From positions 1-55,534 of IMG/VR virus record IMGVR_UViG_3300031277_000003: 55,534 nt of DNA, one strand, 5' to 3'. The DNA is from a virus (lineage: Duplodnaviria; Caudoviricetes). Positions 48,010 to 55,534 of the stretch are shown piece by piece. The position numbers were made by a program, and so were the translations under genes. The notes under the pieces are model-generated. The model worked only from the letters and a program-made list of their open reading frames with translations, ran no database searches and had not been told where the DNA came from. Positions within the stretch are counted from its first letter, which is position 1. Every line of letters starts with the position of its first letter.

Positions 48010-48516
48010 TTATTTAAACAATTTAGTTAAATCCTCCAGTTTTGGCAACTCAGCTTTTCCTGATTCGAGGATATTGTCATGTGCTCTTTGAGTGCTGAAA
48101 AGGTGAATCGCTGAAAATTGAGCGGTTGCCGTAACGTGCTGTTTCTGCATCTCCGGTGTGAGTTCGGGAAGCTTAACGGTGTACAGCTTTCTTTTTGCCC
48201 GGTATGCCCGGCGTCTGATTGAATCAGTATCGCGGGAAGAATTCAATACAACCTCGTCGCCGTTCATGCACCTGATCTTGTGTTCCTTATACTGGCGTTC
48301 CCATACTACGCCGTGATTGTTGATGCAGTACCGGATTGCACTCAACAGTTTTCCGTAATGCGGAGTACCGACGGCAACTGAAAAACCGCATTTGATATTG
48401 AGTTGTTCATCAGTGAATTCGTTCCCCGGTTTTCCATTTTTCAGCGCGTCGATAAGCGCCGATGTGATTGGGTGCCGGTTCGATATGTGGTTAACTTCTT
48501 TGGTTTTTTCAAACAT
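48010..48516 (-). CDS. Hypothetical protein associated with the RAMP gene and pentamer arrays
   Basis: 168 aa, AAGGA RBS, flanked by arrays 3 and 4. The N-terminus may be wHTH-like. Confidence 0.8.
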   Translation of the reverse strand: MFEKTKEVNHISNRHPITSALIDALKNGKPGNEFTDEQLNIKCGFSVAVGTPHYGKLLSAIRYCINNHGVVWERQYKEHKIRCMNGDEVVLNSSRDTDSIRRRAYRAKRKLYTVKLPELTPEMQKQHVTATAQFSAIHLFSTQRAHDNILESGKAELPKLEDLTKLFK

Positions 48517-48542
48517 TTTGTTGTCCTTTGGTTAAAAATGAA

Positions 48543-48647
48543 GTCTTGTCCTGTCGGGTTTGGTCATGTCATGTCGCGTCTTGTCCAGTCAGGTCAAGTC
48601 GAGTCATGTCGAGTCCGGTCCTGTCGCGTCAAGTCGCGTCGGGTCCC
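48543..48647 (-). repeat. Pentamer array 3 (GAC-NN x 21)
   Basis: Strict 5-nt period of GTC on the + strand, with one GTT. Confidence 0.95.
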
Positions 48648-48687
48648 GGTTTATTTTAAATTGAATTATCATAGTTAAAGAAAACTT

Positions 48688-48765
48688 GTCTTGTCTTGTT
48701 GGGTCGGGTTTTGTCACGTCGCGTCCCGTCGGGTCCCGTCTGGTCTCGTCTGGTCCCGTCCCGTT
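48688..48765 (-). repeat. Pentamer array 2 (GAC-NN x 16)
   Basis: Strict 5-nt period of GTC/GTT on the + strand. Confidence 0.95.
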
Positions 48766-48775
48766 TATTTGACCA

Positions 48776-49342
48776 TTACTTATTGATGATAAACTTCTCA
48801 ACCGTGAACCGTCCGAAATACCCACCATTACGTGGACGGAAGAAACCGATTCCGATGAATTTACCAGCATGGCCCAGATATTCTTTGACCTTTTCCGGTT
48901 TATCGATCAGAATGGGGTCGAGCAGCATGATTTCAACATCCGCCTTCCACTCCTGAATTACCGGGAATGTTTTCCAGACGCGGGTACCTCCGCCCTTTTT
49001 GCCATCGGAAGGAACAAATAACCGCAACGGTTCAAAGGCTTCCGCTTTGACGCCGAGGCTTGCAGGCTGAACGCATAGGATACCGGCCTCGAAATGCTTC
49101 GTGTACGTTGCCTTGCCCTTGCCGGGGACCGTCTCGGATAGGTAGCGAGCGCAGTCCGATAGGCAGTTTTTAATCGCCATTGGCGGAATAAAAACAATGC
49201 CATCTTTGTCTACGTGCTGCCGTTCCCGCCAGGTGCGATCTTCATAAGCATCGTGATTTTCTCCAGTGTTCTTCTTGCTCTGTATTGCCCTCGATTGTCC
49301 GTAAGGGCTTGCGGATTTTAATGATGCAATTACGGTTACCAT
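48776..49342 (-). CDS. Stand-alone RAMP / Cas7-like RNA-binding protein
   Basis: N-terminal strand ending in SP, IPPMAIKNCL helix (compare IPGSSLKG), and C-terminal Gly-rich loop AGKFIGIGFFRPRNGGYFGRF. Confidence 0.75.
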   Translation of the reverse strand: MVTVIASLKSASPYGQSRAIQSKKNTGENHDAYEDRTWRERQHVDKDGIVFIPPMAIKNCLSDCARYLSETVPGKGKATYTKHFEAGILCVQPASLGVKAEAFEPLRLFVPSDGKKGGGTRVWKTFPVIQEWKADVEIMLLDPILIDKPEKVKEYLGHAGKFIGIGFFRPRNGGYFGRFTVEKFIINK

Positions 49343-49369
49343 ATAACCGCCTTTCTTTGTTAAAATGAA

Positions 49370-49514
49370 GTCCTGTCCTGTCTTGTCGAGTCATGTCGTG
49401 TCCCGTCTTGTCTGGTCACGTCTCGTCAAGTCCAGTCCCGTCATGTCCCGTCCGGTCCAGTCCGGTCATGTCGGGTCGGGTCAAGTCGGGTTGTGTCCCG
49501 TCTTATCCAGTCTG
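49370..49514 (-). repeat. Pentamer array 1 (GAC-NN x 29)
   Basis: GTC every 5 nt from 49370 to 49510, with two variant units. Confidence 0.95.
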
Positions 49515-49526
49515 TTTTTGTTATTA

Positions 49527-49555
49527 AATATAATATTAATAATAATAATATGCAA
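49527..49555 (-). promoter_or_regulatory. Sigma70-type promoter for the pentamer-array/RAMP operon
   Basis: TTGCAT-N17-TATATT on the minus strand; the predicted start is a few nt before array 1. Confidence 0.7.
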
Positions 49556-49593
49556 TGTTTTTCTATGAAAGTTGAAAAAAAGTAGAAAATTAA

Positions 49594-49938
49594 CTATGGA
49601 ATTACAAATAAGGTATCTGTTTTACCGACTACTAAATGCTGTATATATTTAGTTGTCAGTTTTTTACCATTTGAAATTACATCGGCGCTAAATATAGCGA
49701 CTACTGAATCTCCAGGATTTGCTTTTATTGATAAGCAAGTACTATCAGGATAAACGATTCCTACTGAATCCCCTTCAAGAAAAATTGTAGCCATATACCA
49801 TACAATTTTAAAATCAGTATTATTTATTGGAGAGTAGCACGTTGTAACAGTTTTTCGATTGTCTATTACAGGATTAATAACATTATTTTCCATACAAGTT
49901 ACTACAAACATTGATAGTATTATAATTATCGTTTTCAC
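49594..49938 (-). CDS. Putative lipoprotein
   Basis: MKTIIIILSMFVVTC signal ending in Cys. Confidence 0.6.
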   Translation of the reverse strand: MKTIIIILSMFVVTCMENNVINPVIDNRKTVTTCYSPINNTDFKIVWYMATIFLEGDSVGIVYPDSTCLSIKANPGDSVVAIFSADVISNGKKLTTKYIQHLVVGKTDTLFVIP

Positions 49939-49962
49939 ATATACCAGCCTTTTTTATATGAT

Positions 49963-50160
49963 TTATTTTTTCTTAAACCTGCACCGAATTATCGATTCCC
50001 GCGGAACCCGCACCGACCCGACTATTTTTTCACTCAAAAGGTGTCCATGCTCTATCCATAATCTGATGGTCCTTTCAGTGACTCCAAAATATTCTGCTAC
50101 TTCGAATACGGTGAACAGGCTTTTTTTCGGCAAAAGCGAATCGTCGCACTTTTCGCTCAT
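49963..50160 (-). CDS. MerR/excisionase-like HTH protein
   Basis: FTVFEVAEYFGVTERTIRLWIEHGHL...VRVPRES; ATGA-coupled start. Confidence 0.8.
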   Translation of the reverse strand: MSEKCDDSLLPKKSLFTVFEVAEYFGVTERTIRLWIEHGHLLSEKIVGSVRVPRESIIRCRFKKK

Positions 50161-50429
50161 ACCATCCGTCTCGAATTGAATTTGCACCGTGTAATAGAGC
50201 GCATCGGAATCCGCCCGTTCCGTTCCTCTAAATGGCCGTGGTCAATCCATACTTTTATGGTCGCCTCGGACGTTTTGAAGTGTTCAGCTGCTTCAAAATA
50301 AGAAACTTCCTTATCCGTTTCCTGTTCGACCGCTGCCGGTTTCGGCTGTTCCTGCTGTTCCGGTTCGTTGCTTTCTGCTGCTTTAACATCTTCATCCACT
50401 TTGTTTTTACTGCCCCTTGGTCGTGCCAT
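50157..50429 (-). CDS. HTH protein with AT-hook-like N-terminus
   Basis: RPRGSKNK followed by EAAEHFKTSEATIKVWIDHGHL. Confidence 0.75.
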   Translation of the reverse strand: MARPRGSKNKVDEDVKAAESNEPEQQEQPKPAAVEQETDKEVSYFEAAEHFKTSEATIKVWIDHGHLEERNGRIPMRSITRCKFNSRRMV

Positions 50430-50650
50430 TATTCCTCCTTATGTTTTGGTTCTGAACCGGCCTTGTAATAAATAGATTCTATCACCGGCACTCCGTTGTT
50501 GTTATGTGACGTTTTTTTTAATCTGAATTCGCGTCCTTCATTTTCAAAATCATTCAAAGCTGAAAAAAAACCCTACTTACTCTGATTCCATCAACGATTA
50601 TAACATCTGCATCGTGCGGGACCGTGTATTCAATCATTGTTCCTCCTGTT

Positions 50651-50896
50651 TTATATTTTTTTAATAGAACATTCTTTGAACCAACCTTCATTTAGCTTTT
50701 TACCTATAAACCATTGGCAAAGATACCTACCGTCATGGTGACAGCTAGATATTCCAGTGAATACCATTTTAGGACCACCGGTTTTTAAACGAACGAAATC
50801 ACCAGTATTGATATCATTATTAAAAAAACTTGTGTGCAACTGTTTGCCATTGAATGCAATTACATCAACATTTTTTGGAACCTCATGAATTACCAT
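50651..50896 (-). CDS. YodC/DUF2158-family protein
   Basis: GDFVRLKTGGPKMV...CQWF. Confidence 0.75.
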   Translation of the reverse strand: MVIHEVPKNVDVIAFNGKQLHTSFFNNDINTGDFVRLKTGGPKMVFTGISSCHHDGRYLCQWFIGKKLNEGWFKECSIKKI

Positions 50897-50914
50897 TATT
50901 CCTCCTGTTTTAAA

Positions 50915-51283
50915 TTATTCTGCAATATAAATTTCAGTTGGTCGCATATATTCATTAATTCCGTTTTTTGCATCTGCCTGCCAATCAAAAACCTTTTCGG
51001 TATCCGGTTTATCTTCAGATTTAACGGCATAATGTATCTGACAACCGGCAATAATAATATGTTTCTTTTCAGATCCTATTTTCGCGAACCAGTTTGATGA
51101 TCCGTGGTTTGTTTTTATTCCAAGAAAACTATCGCTTAATATTTCAACGTTTCCCCATGCTGCCCTATACTGTTTTCCGTCGGGAGCAACAAACCAATTG
51201 TCGGTAGATATCAGATACTTGTTTTTGCTGCCATTTATTCCAAGTGAATTTCTCGGTGCGTTAGTTGTCATTAATACCTCCAT
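50915..51283 (-). CDS. Hypothetical phage protein
   Basis: KYLISTDNWFVAPDGKQYRAAWG...IAGCQIHYAV. Confidence 0.75.
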   Translation of the reverse strand: MEVLMTTNAPRNSLGINGSKNKYLISTDNWFVAPDGKQYRAAWGNVEILSDSFLGIKTNHGSSNWFAKIGSEKKHIIIAGCQIHYAVKSEDKPDTEKVFDWQADAKNGINEYMRPTEIYIAE

Positions 51284-51345
51284 AGTATTGCGTTAAAAAA
51301 ATGAAAAATAACTTGCATCTGTGTCTGATAAAGCCATCCTATTTT

Positions 51346-51837
51346 TTATTGCAATCTGTACATTATTATTCCATCAACAAAGCCATATTTCAATGCAGAT
51401 GATGCATTGAAACACGTTTCATTATCCATCATTCTTGAAATATCTTCCCGTTGAATAGAAAGCCCTCTTGTCATATAAGCATCTATAATCATAGATTTTA
51501 TTTGACGCAATATATCACTTGAATATGTGCTTTTATCCAAAGAGTAAACACATGGGTTTTTAATAATAATATTAGATTTTGGTGTCATATATATTTTTTT
51601 ACCTGCCATTGCAATAACTGAAGCTATTCCGGCTACAATACCATCAATTATGACCGTGGTGTCATATTCATAATTTTTAATTAAATTGTAAATGGAAAAA
51701 CCTTCAAATACTTCACCGCCATTTGAATTTATTTCAATTTCAACATTGCTATTCGATTCTATATACAAATAGTCACGCCATTTATTTGCTGTATGACAAC
51801 CATTACCTATTTCTCCACTTAAAATAATCTTTTTCAT
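51346..51837 (-). CDS. Second ClpP-like protein, catalytically degenerate
   Basis: INSNGGEVFEG present, but DGIVAGIAS (Ser to Gly) and IIKNP (His to Lys). Confidence 0.75.
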   Translation of the reverse strand: MKKIILSGEIGNGCHTANKWRDYLYIESNSNVEIEINSNGGEVFEGFSIYNLIKNYEYDTTVIIDGIVAGIASVIAMAGKKIYMTPKSNIIIKNPCVYSLDKSTYSSDILRQIKSMIIDAYMTRGLSIQREDISRMMDNETCFNASSALKYGFVDGIIMYRLQ

Positions 51838-51846
51838 AGTGCCATC

Positions 51847-52056
51847 CTATTTTGCCTCTCTCATAATTCCAATATCTGCACCATTTGTAAGCACTATGAT
51901 TTTATTATTTGGAAAAATTTCTTTCATTTCTTCTTTTATACGCACGTATATTTCCGTTTTTACACTACCATCAATTTTTACAACGATTACATCGTTATCC
52001 ATTACCTGTAGAGTGGCAATGTTTTTTAAATATTGAATTTCAATTGGCTTTTCCAT
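51847..52056 (-). CDS. Hypothetical protein
   Basis: 69 aa ORF after terL. Confidence 0.65.
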   Translation of the reverse strand: MEKPIEIQYLKNIATLQVMDNDVIVVKIDGSVKTEIYVRIKEEMKEIFPNNKIIVLTNGADIGIMREAK

Positions 52057-52070
52057 TTCTTGCCTTTCTG

Positions 52071-53843
52071 TTACAATGCCATCCTACTCATAATTTCGTT
52101 GTATTCCATCTCTTCATAAACCGACTTAACCGGATCTTGGTTTTCAACCGTTAACCCCACAGCCATTAACAGCGCAACCATATCGTCTATCTTATCGGCA
52201 GACTTCTTGCGGTCCGGCGCCATATTCAGATTAACGTCTCTCCGCGTAACGATATTCGAGGCACACCAGTTTAAAACCGGATCACCACCATGTTTTATTT
52301 TACCCGATACGTACAGCTTTTCCAGCTTTTTCATTGCCGGGTGATAACTCTTTGTTCCCTGGATAAATTCAACGAGATTGATATTTTCTTTTATTAAATT
52401 GTTTGCCAGTTCGGTTGCGTTCCACCGGTCGAAAGCTATTTTTTGTATTTTAAACCTCGAATTTAACGCCTTAATATCCGCCTCTATCACATCGTAATCA
52501 GTTACATTGCCTTCAGTTCGTTTGATCAATCCAGCACTTACCCAGGCGGCATATGGGACGGTCCCGCGCTCGGTGCGGTACTTGATTGCATCCTCCGGGC
52601 ACCATCGCCAACCGTAGGTAAAATACAGGCCGTCTACTTCCCATAGCAACCGGAGCGCCGCAAGGTCCATCGTGCTTGCCAGATCAAGCCCGCCGTAGCA
52701 GGGATAATCTTTGAGAAATTCAAGGTCGATTTCCGACGAACAGGCCCGCCATTTAATCAGGTCAATCCATCCTCCAGCGGTCGATGCCTGCCGGTTGAGC
52801 CGTTTAATTTTAAATTCGGCAAGCTTTGACGGCATCTGTTTAGCTTCGATCGCCTCTTTCCGTATCGCTGCAAGCAGATAAGGGTTACACTCTATCAGCG
52901 GGTTGGCCTTTACCCATTTCGATTCATCGAAATCATCATCCCCTTTTATCCCGGCAGTCTTATCCTCATCATCGACCGCCCAGAATAGCGCGAGAAAATG
53001 ATCTGCGTCGTTTCCGAATACCCCAAGAAGCAGCTTTTTCGCAAAGTCCCGTAATTCCCCCCATGGTCCCGGCGACGTGTACCCCTCGGTGGTAGTATAC
53101 AGCCATAACGGGTTAGAACGTGCCCCTGCCGCCGACGTAAGTACGTTCAGCAGGTCAGCGGTCTTGTGGGCGTGTATCTCATCCAGCGCGGTATGGGAAG
53201 GGTTTAACCCGTCCTGCGTGCTTGCCTTTGCATTTATAGGTTTAAAACTCGCGCCAGTTTCGTATCTTGTTATTGAATTTGCCCATGTTTTTAAATTAAA
53301 CGCTTCCCGCAGATCCGGAGTTTTATCCACCATCTTATATGCTGGAGTCCAAACTTTACGAGCTTGATCTCCTGTGGTTGCAGCGCTAATTATTTGAGCC
53401 CCTGGCTCTGGTTCACAAGACATACAATAAAGCATAATACATGCTGCAAGAGTTGATTTTGCATTTTTTCTGGCAATTGCAAAAAGTGCAGACGTAAATC
53501 TTCTTGGATAAAATAATCCGCATTCTCCATAATCAGGTATTTTTAATGGAACTCGCAACCTAAAACCAAATAATTGAACAACAAATAAAACATGCGATGG
53601 ATGCAATATTATATTTGGCGTTTCCCATGTTCCCTCGACATGCGGAAGCTTTTCTATAAAATCACAGGCATTATCGGCGTGCCACTTATCGAACTTAAAG
53701 GCACAATCTTTTTTATTTGCCCGCTTTAGATCGTCTAAAAACCGTTGCGCTGCAAGCCGTATCCATCGGCCATGCCGTTTGTGTTTTTTGTCGGCAATGG
53801 CTTTTTTGGCGTACTCTATGGCTATCGATGTATAATCTTTCAC
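52071..53843 (-). CDS. terL: Terminase large subunit
   Basis: ARKNAKST Walker A, LDEIH, GLDLAS and DKIDD motifs. Confidence 0.95.
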   Translation of the reverse strand: MKDYTSIAIEYAKKAIADKKHKRHGRWIRLAAQRFLDDLKRANKKDCAFKFDKWHADNACDFIEKLPHVEGTWETPNIILHPSHVLFVVQLFGFRLRVPLKIPDYGECGLFYPRRFTSALFAIARKNAKSTLAACIMLYCMSCEPEPGAQIISAATTGDQARKVWTPAYKMVDKTPDLREAFNLKTWANSITRYETGASFKPINAKASTQDGLNPSHTALDEIHAHKTADLLNVLTSAAGARSNPLWLYTTTEGYTSPGPWGELRDFAKKLLLGVFGNDADHFLALFWAVDDEDKTAGIKGDDDFDESKWVKANPLIECNPYLLAAIRKEAIEAKQMPSKLAEFKIKRLNRQASTAGGWIDLIKWRACSSEIDLEFLKDYPCYGGLDLASTMDLAALRLLWEVDGLYFTYGWRWCPEDAIKYRTERGTVPYAAWVSAGLIKRTEGNVTDYDVIEADIKALNSRFKIQKIAFDRWNATELANNLIKENINLVEFIQGTKSYHPAMKKLEKLYVSGKIKHGGDPVLNWCASNIVTRRDVNLNMAPDRKKSADKIDDMVALLMAVGLTVENQDPVKSVYEEMEYNEIMSRMAL

Positions 53844-53849
53844 TGATTA

Positions 53850-54350
53850 TCAGCTTGCCTGTGCATTAAGATTTTCCGAAAACCTATTTTTGTTCTTATT
53901 CTTCTTTTCGCTCTTCGTTTTCGTCCGGCTCGAAGGTGTCATACCGAATTCAGTTAGGAATTTATGGCACAATTCCATGGCACGATGAGATATACCGACT
54001 AAAGGATTTTGCAATTCGTTTCCCTTGTCGCTAATTACTGTAAATCCTTTTCCGACTATACCTTTTTCCTCATCACCGTAAATTTCCAGTTGAGCGTCAA
54101 CGAATTCACCCCATGCCTGACAATACAAAGCGAGTGCCGAATAGTCGATCTCTGTCAATAACCCATTATTATACAGTTTTTTCGATATATTATCCCATTC
54201 GGCTTGTGCTGAATCTGATAAAAACTCCGGTGCCGATGGTATTTCATCGGGGATATCAGGTTTCGGCTCTTCTTTGTTACGGCGGCAAGGTCGGTCGGTG
54301 CCGTTAATAACGTGAAATTCTCTTGGCTTTGGTTTTCTTCCTTGTGACAT
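53850..54350 (-). CDS. terS: Terminase small subunit (P27 family)
   Basis: GRKPKP...LALYCQAW...NPLV...EFGMTPSSR. Confidence 0.92.
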   Translation of the reverse strand: MSQGRKPKPREFHVINGTDRPCRRNKEEPKPDIPDEIPSAPEFLSDSAQAEWDNISKKLYNNGLLTEIDYSALALYCQAWGEFVDAQLEIYGDEEKGIVGKGFTVISDKGNELQNPLVGISHRAMELCHKFLTEFGMTPSSRTKTKSEKKNKNKNRFSENLNAQAS

Positions 54351-54386
54351 ATATCATCCATGTTCCGTTAGCAATAAAAACTCACG

Positions 54387-54863
54387 CTACTTTGATTCCC
54401 ACCATGTAGGCTGCGGCCTCCAATTGCCGCCTCCGGTACTTCCATCATCCGCTATTTTATCAAGGATAGAACTTTTAGAAAAATCATCTGGCGGATATAT
54501 GCAGCCACGCAGTTTTAACATTTTCGGCATTTCTCTATCGTCCCACCATATAGCACCCTTTATTAAAGACCACGGCTCTTTCTTACTTTCGTGTGGATGA
54601 AAAAAAGCGGTGAGTGTTCCATCTGGCATTGGGCCTACCTCGCGCACTATATGACCATAATCTATATCCAAACCATTCCACCGTACGATTAAAAATCCAG
54701 CTCCATCGTCAGCAGATGTTTCTCGAACCCACATCCATGAACGAGCGTCGGTCGCTCCAACCTCCCATTCAGCAACATGCTTGCGGGAACAAATAATGAC
54801 CGGATGAAACATGGCCTTGTGATAGCTTGGTCGAGGACCGCGTTTGATAAGATAGAGATTCAT
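54387..54863 (-). CDS. Hypothetical protein
   Basis: 158 aa ORF, ATGA-coupled. Confidence 0.65.
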   Translation of the reverse strand: MNLYLIKRGPRPSYHKAMFHPVIICSRKHVAEWEVGATDARSWMWVRETSADDGAGFLIVRWNGLDIDYGHIVREVGPMPDGTLTAFFHPHESKKEPWSLIKGAIWWDDREMPKMLKLRGCIYPPDDFSKSSILDKIADDGSTGGGNWRPQPTWWESK

Positions 54864-55048
54864 TTTTGCCTTTCTCTGGCGCGATGTCCGCTTGGTACAG
54901 TTTCATCGTTTTCTTTATTGACCCTATCCACCTTTTCGAGTACGGCAACTTTAACAAAATGCTGCCGCCTAACACCGGTTTTTACACATGCCGAAACAAA
55001 TCTTTCGTGATCTGCGGCGGATAGTTTGATGGCTACTGTCTTATTCAT
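54860..55048 (-). CDS. Ribbon-helix-helix-like protein
   Basis: TVAIKLS...HERF...RQHFVKVAVLEK. Confidence 0.55.
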   Translation of the reverse strand: MNKTVAIKLSAADHERFVSACVKTGVRRQHFVKVAVLEKVDRVNKENDETVPSGHRARERQK

Positions 55049-55379
55049 GTTTTATATTTAACTTCGAAAAGGCAATTTTGCGCATATCGTTAAGATGTCT
55101 TTCAGTTGCGGACAGCTGACCAATACTTCCCGCGGCACCAACCGGACGAATACCAAGATCAAAAAGATCATTGCAGAGTTGCTGCGCCTGGCCTTCATTT
55201 ATTACTATTCCATTGCTTCGACAAAACGGTGCAGCAGAATCCCATACTTCACCATCAAAAATGTATCGCAGTTCCGGATTTTCAGAATCCTTACAAACAA
55301 TACCTATCTCAATATTGTTTCCGATACGAAAAAATTCTTGAAAAGCCCTTATTTGATGAACCTTATTTATTCTTGCCAT
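55041..55379 (-). CDS. Hypothetical phage protein
   Basis: GGAGG RBS; AQQLCNDLFDLGIRP...ATERHLNDMRKIAF. Confidence 0.75.
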   Translation of the reverse strand: MARINKVHQIRAFQEFFRIGNNIEIGIVCKDSENPELRYIFDGEVWDSAAPFCRSNGIVINEGQAQQLCNDLFDLGIRPVGAAGSIGQLSATERHLNDMRKIAFSKLNIKHE

Positions 55380-55507
55380 TTATTAACCTCCACTACTATG
55401 TGCGGTTCAGCTTTTGCTTAACTATGTTGTTATGAATAAATATAATAAAAAATTATAATAAAATATTAAATATTTTTTATTTCTGGAATCGGGGTATATC
55501 CGGGTTC

Positions 55508-55534
55508 ATAATTTCGGCCGTGCAAAAAGATGCC
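55508..55534 (-). other. Genome end, other half of the cos-like site
   Basis: The minus strand begins GGCATCTTTTTGCACGGCCGAAATT, similar to the sequence that follows cos in HK97-like phages. Confidence 0.55.

Noticed and set aside
47952-49514. Simple microsatellite explanation of the arrays
   Set aside because: Only three of five positions are constant, and adjacent units usually differ. Replication slippage would homogenise them.
48403-49568. ORF-track proteins overlapping the pentamer arrays (48403-48678, 48604-48870, 48696-48956, 49365-49568)
   Set aside because: These low-complexity S/R/V/C or D/T/R/P translations result from the 5-nt periodicity and lack an RBS.

Overview
The window looks like a complete or nearly complete ~55.5 kb linear genome of an HK97-like siphovirus, and both ends fall in a cos-like motif. 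The + strand (~3.36-21.36 kb) carries early, replication and accessory genes: a DNA methyltransferase, DUF4373 initiator, DnaB, Sak4-like ATPase, SSB-like protein and nucleases. The - strand carries the late module: HNH, TerS, TerL, portal, ClpP-type protease, major capsid, connectors, glycosyltransferases, tail genes and lysis genes. I found no integrase, reverse transcriptase or canonical CRISPR array. Three elements stand out. (1) Between terL and portal (47.7-49.6 kb, - strand), a sigma70-type promoter precedes a stand-alone RAMP/Cas7-like gene interleaved with four arrays of strict 5-nt period (constant GAC + variable NN). This is a candidate RNA-guided system with a non-contiguous guide code. 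(2) At 15.25-21.37 kb there is an integron-like platform: a Pc-like promoter, an attI-like site and 17 cassettes each closed by an attC-like hairpin, with no integrase in the phage. Two cassettes appear to be non-coding RNAs and one encodes an acyl carrier protein. (3) A type II hammerhead ribozyme sits at 3870-3921. All calls come from manual motif reading; no database search was run.
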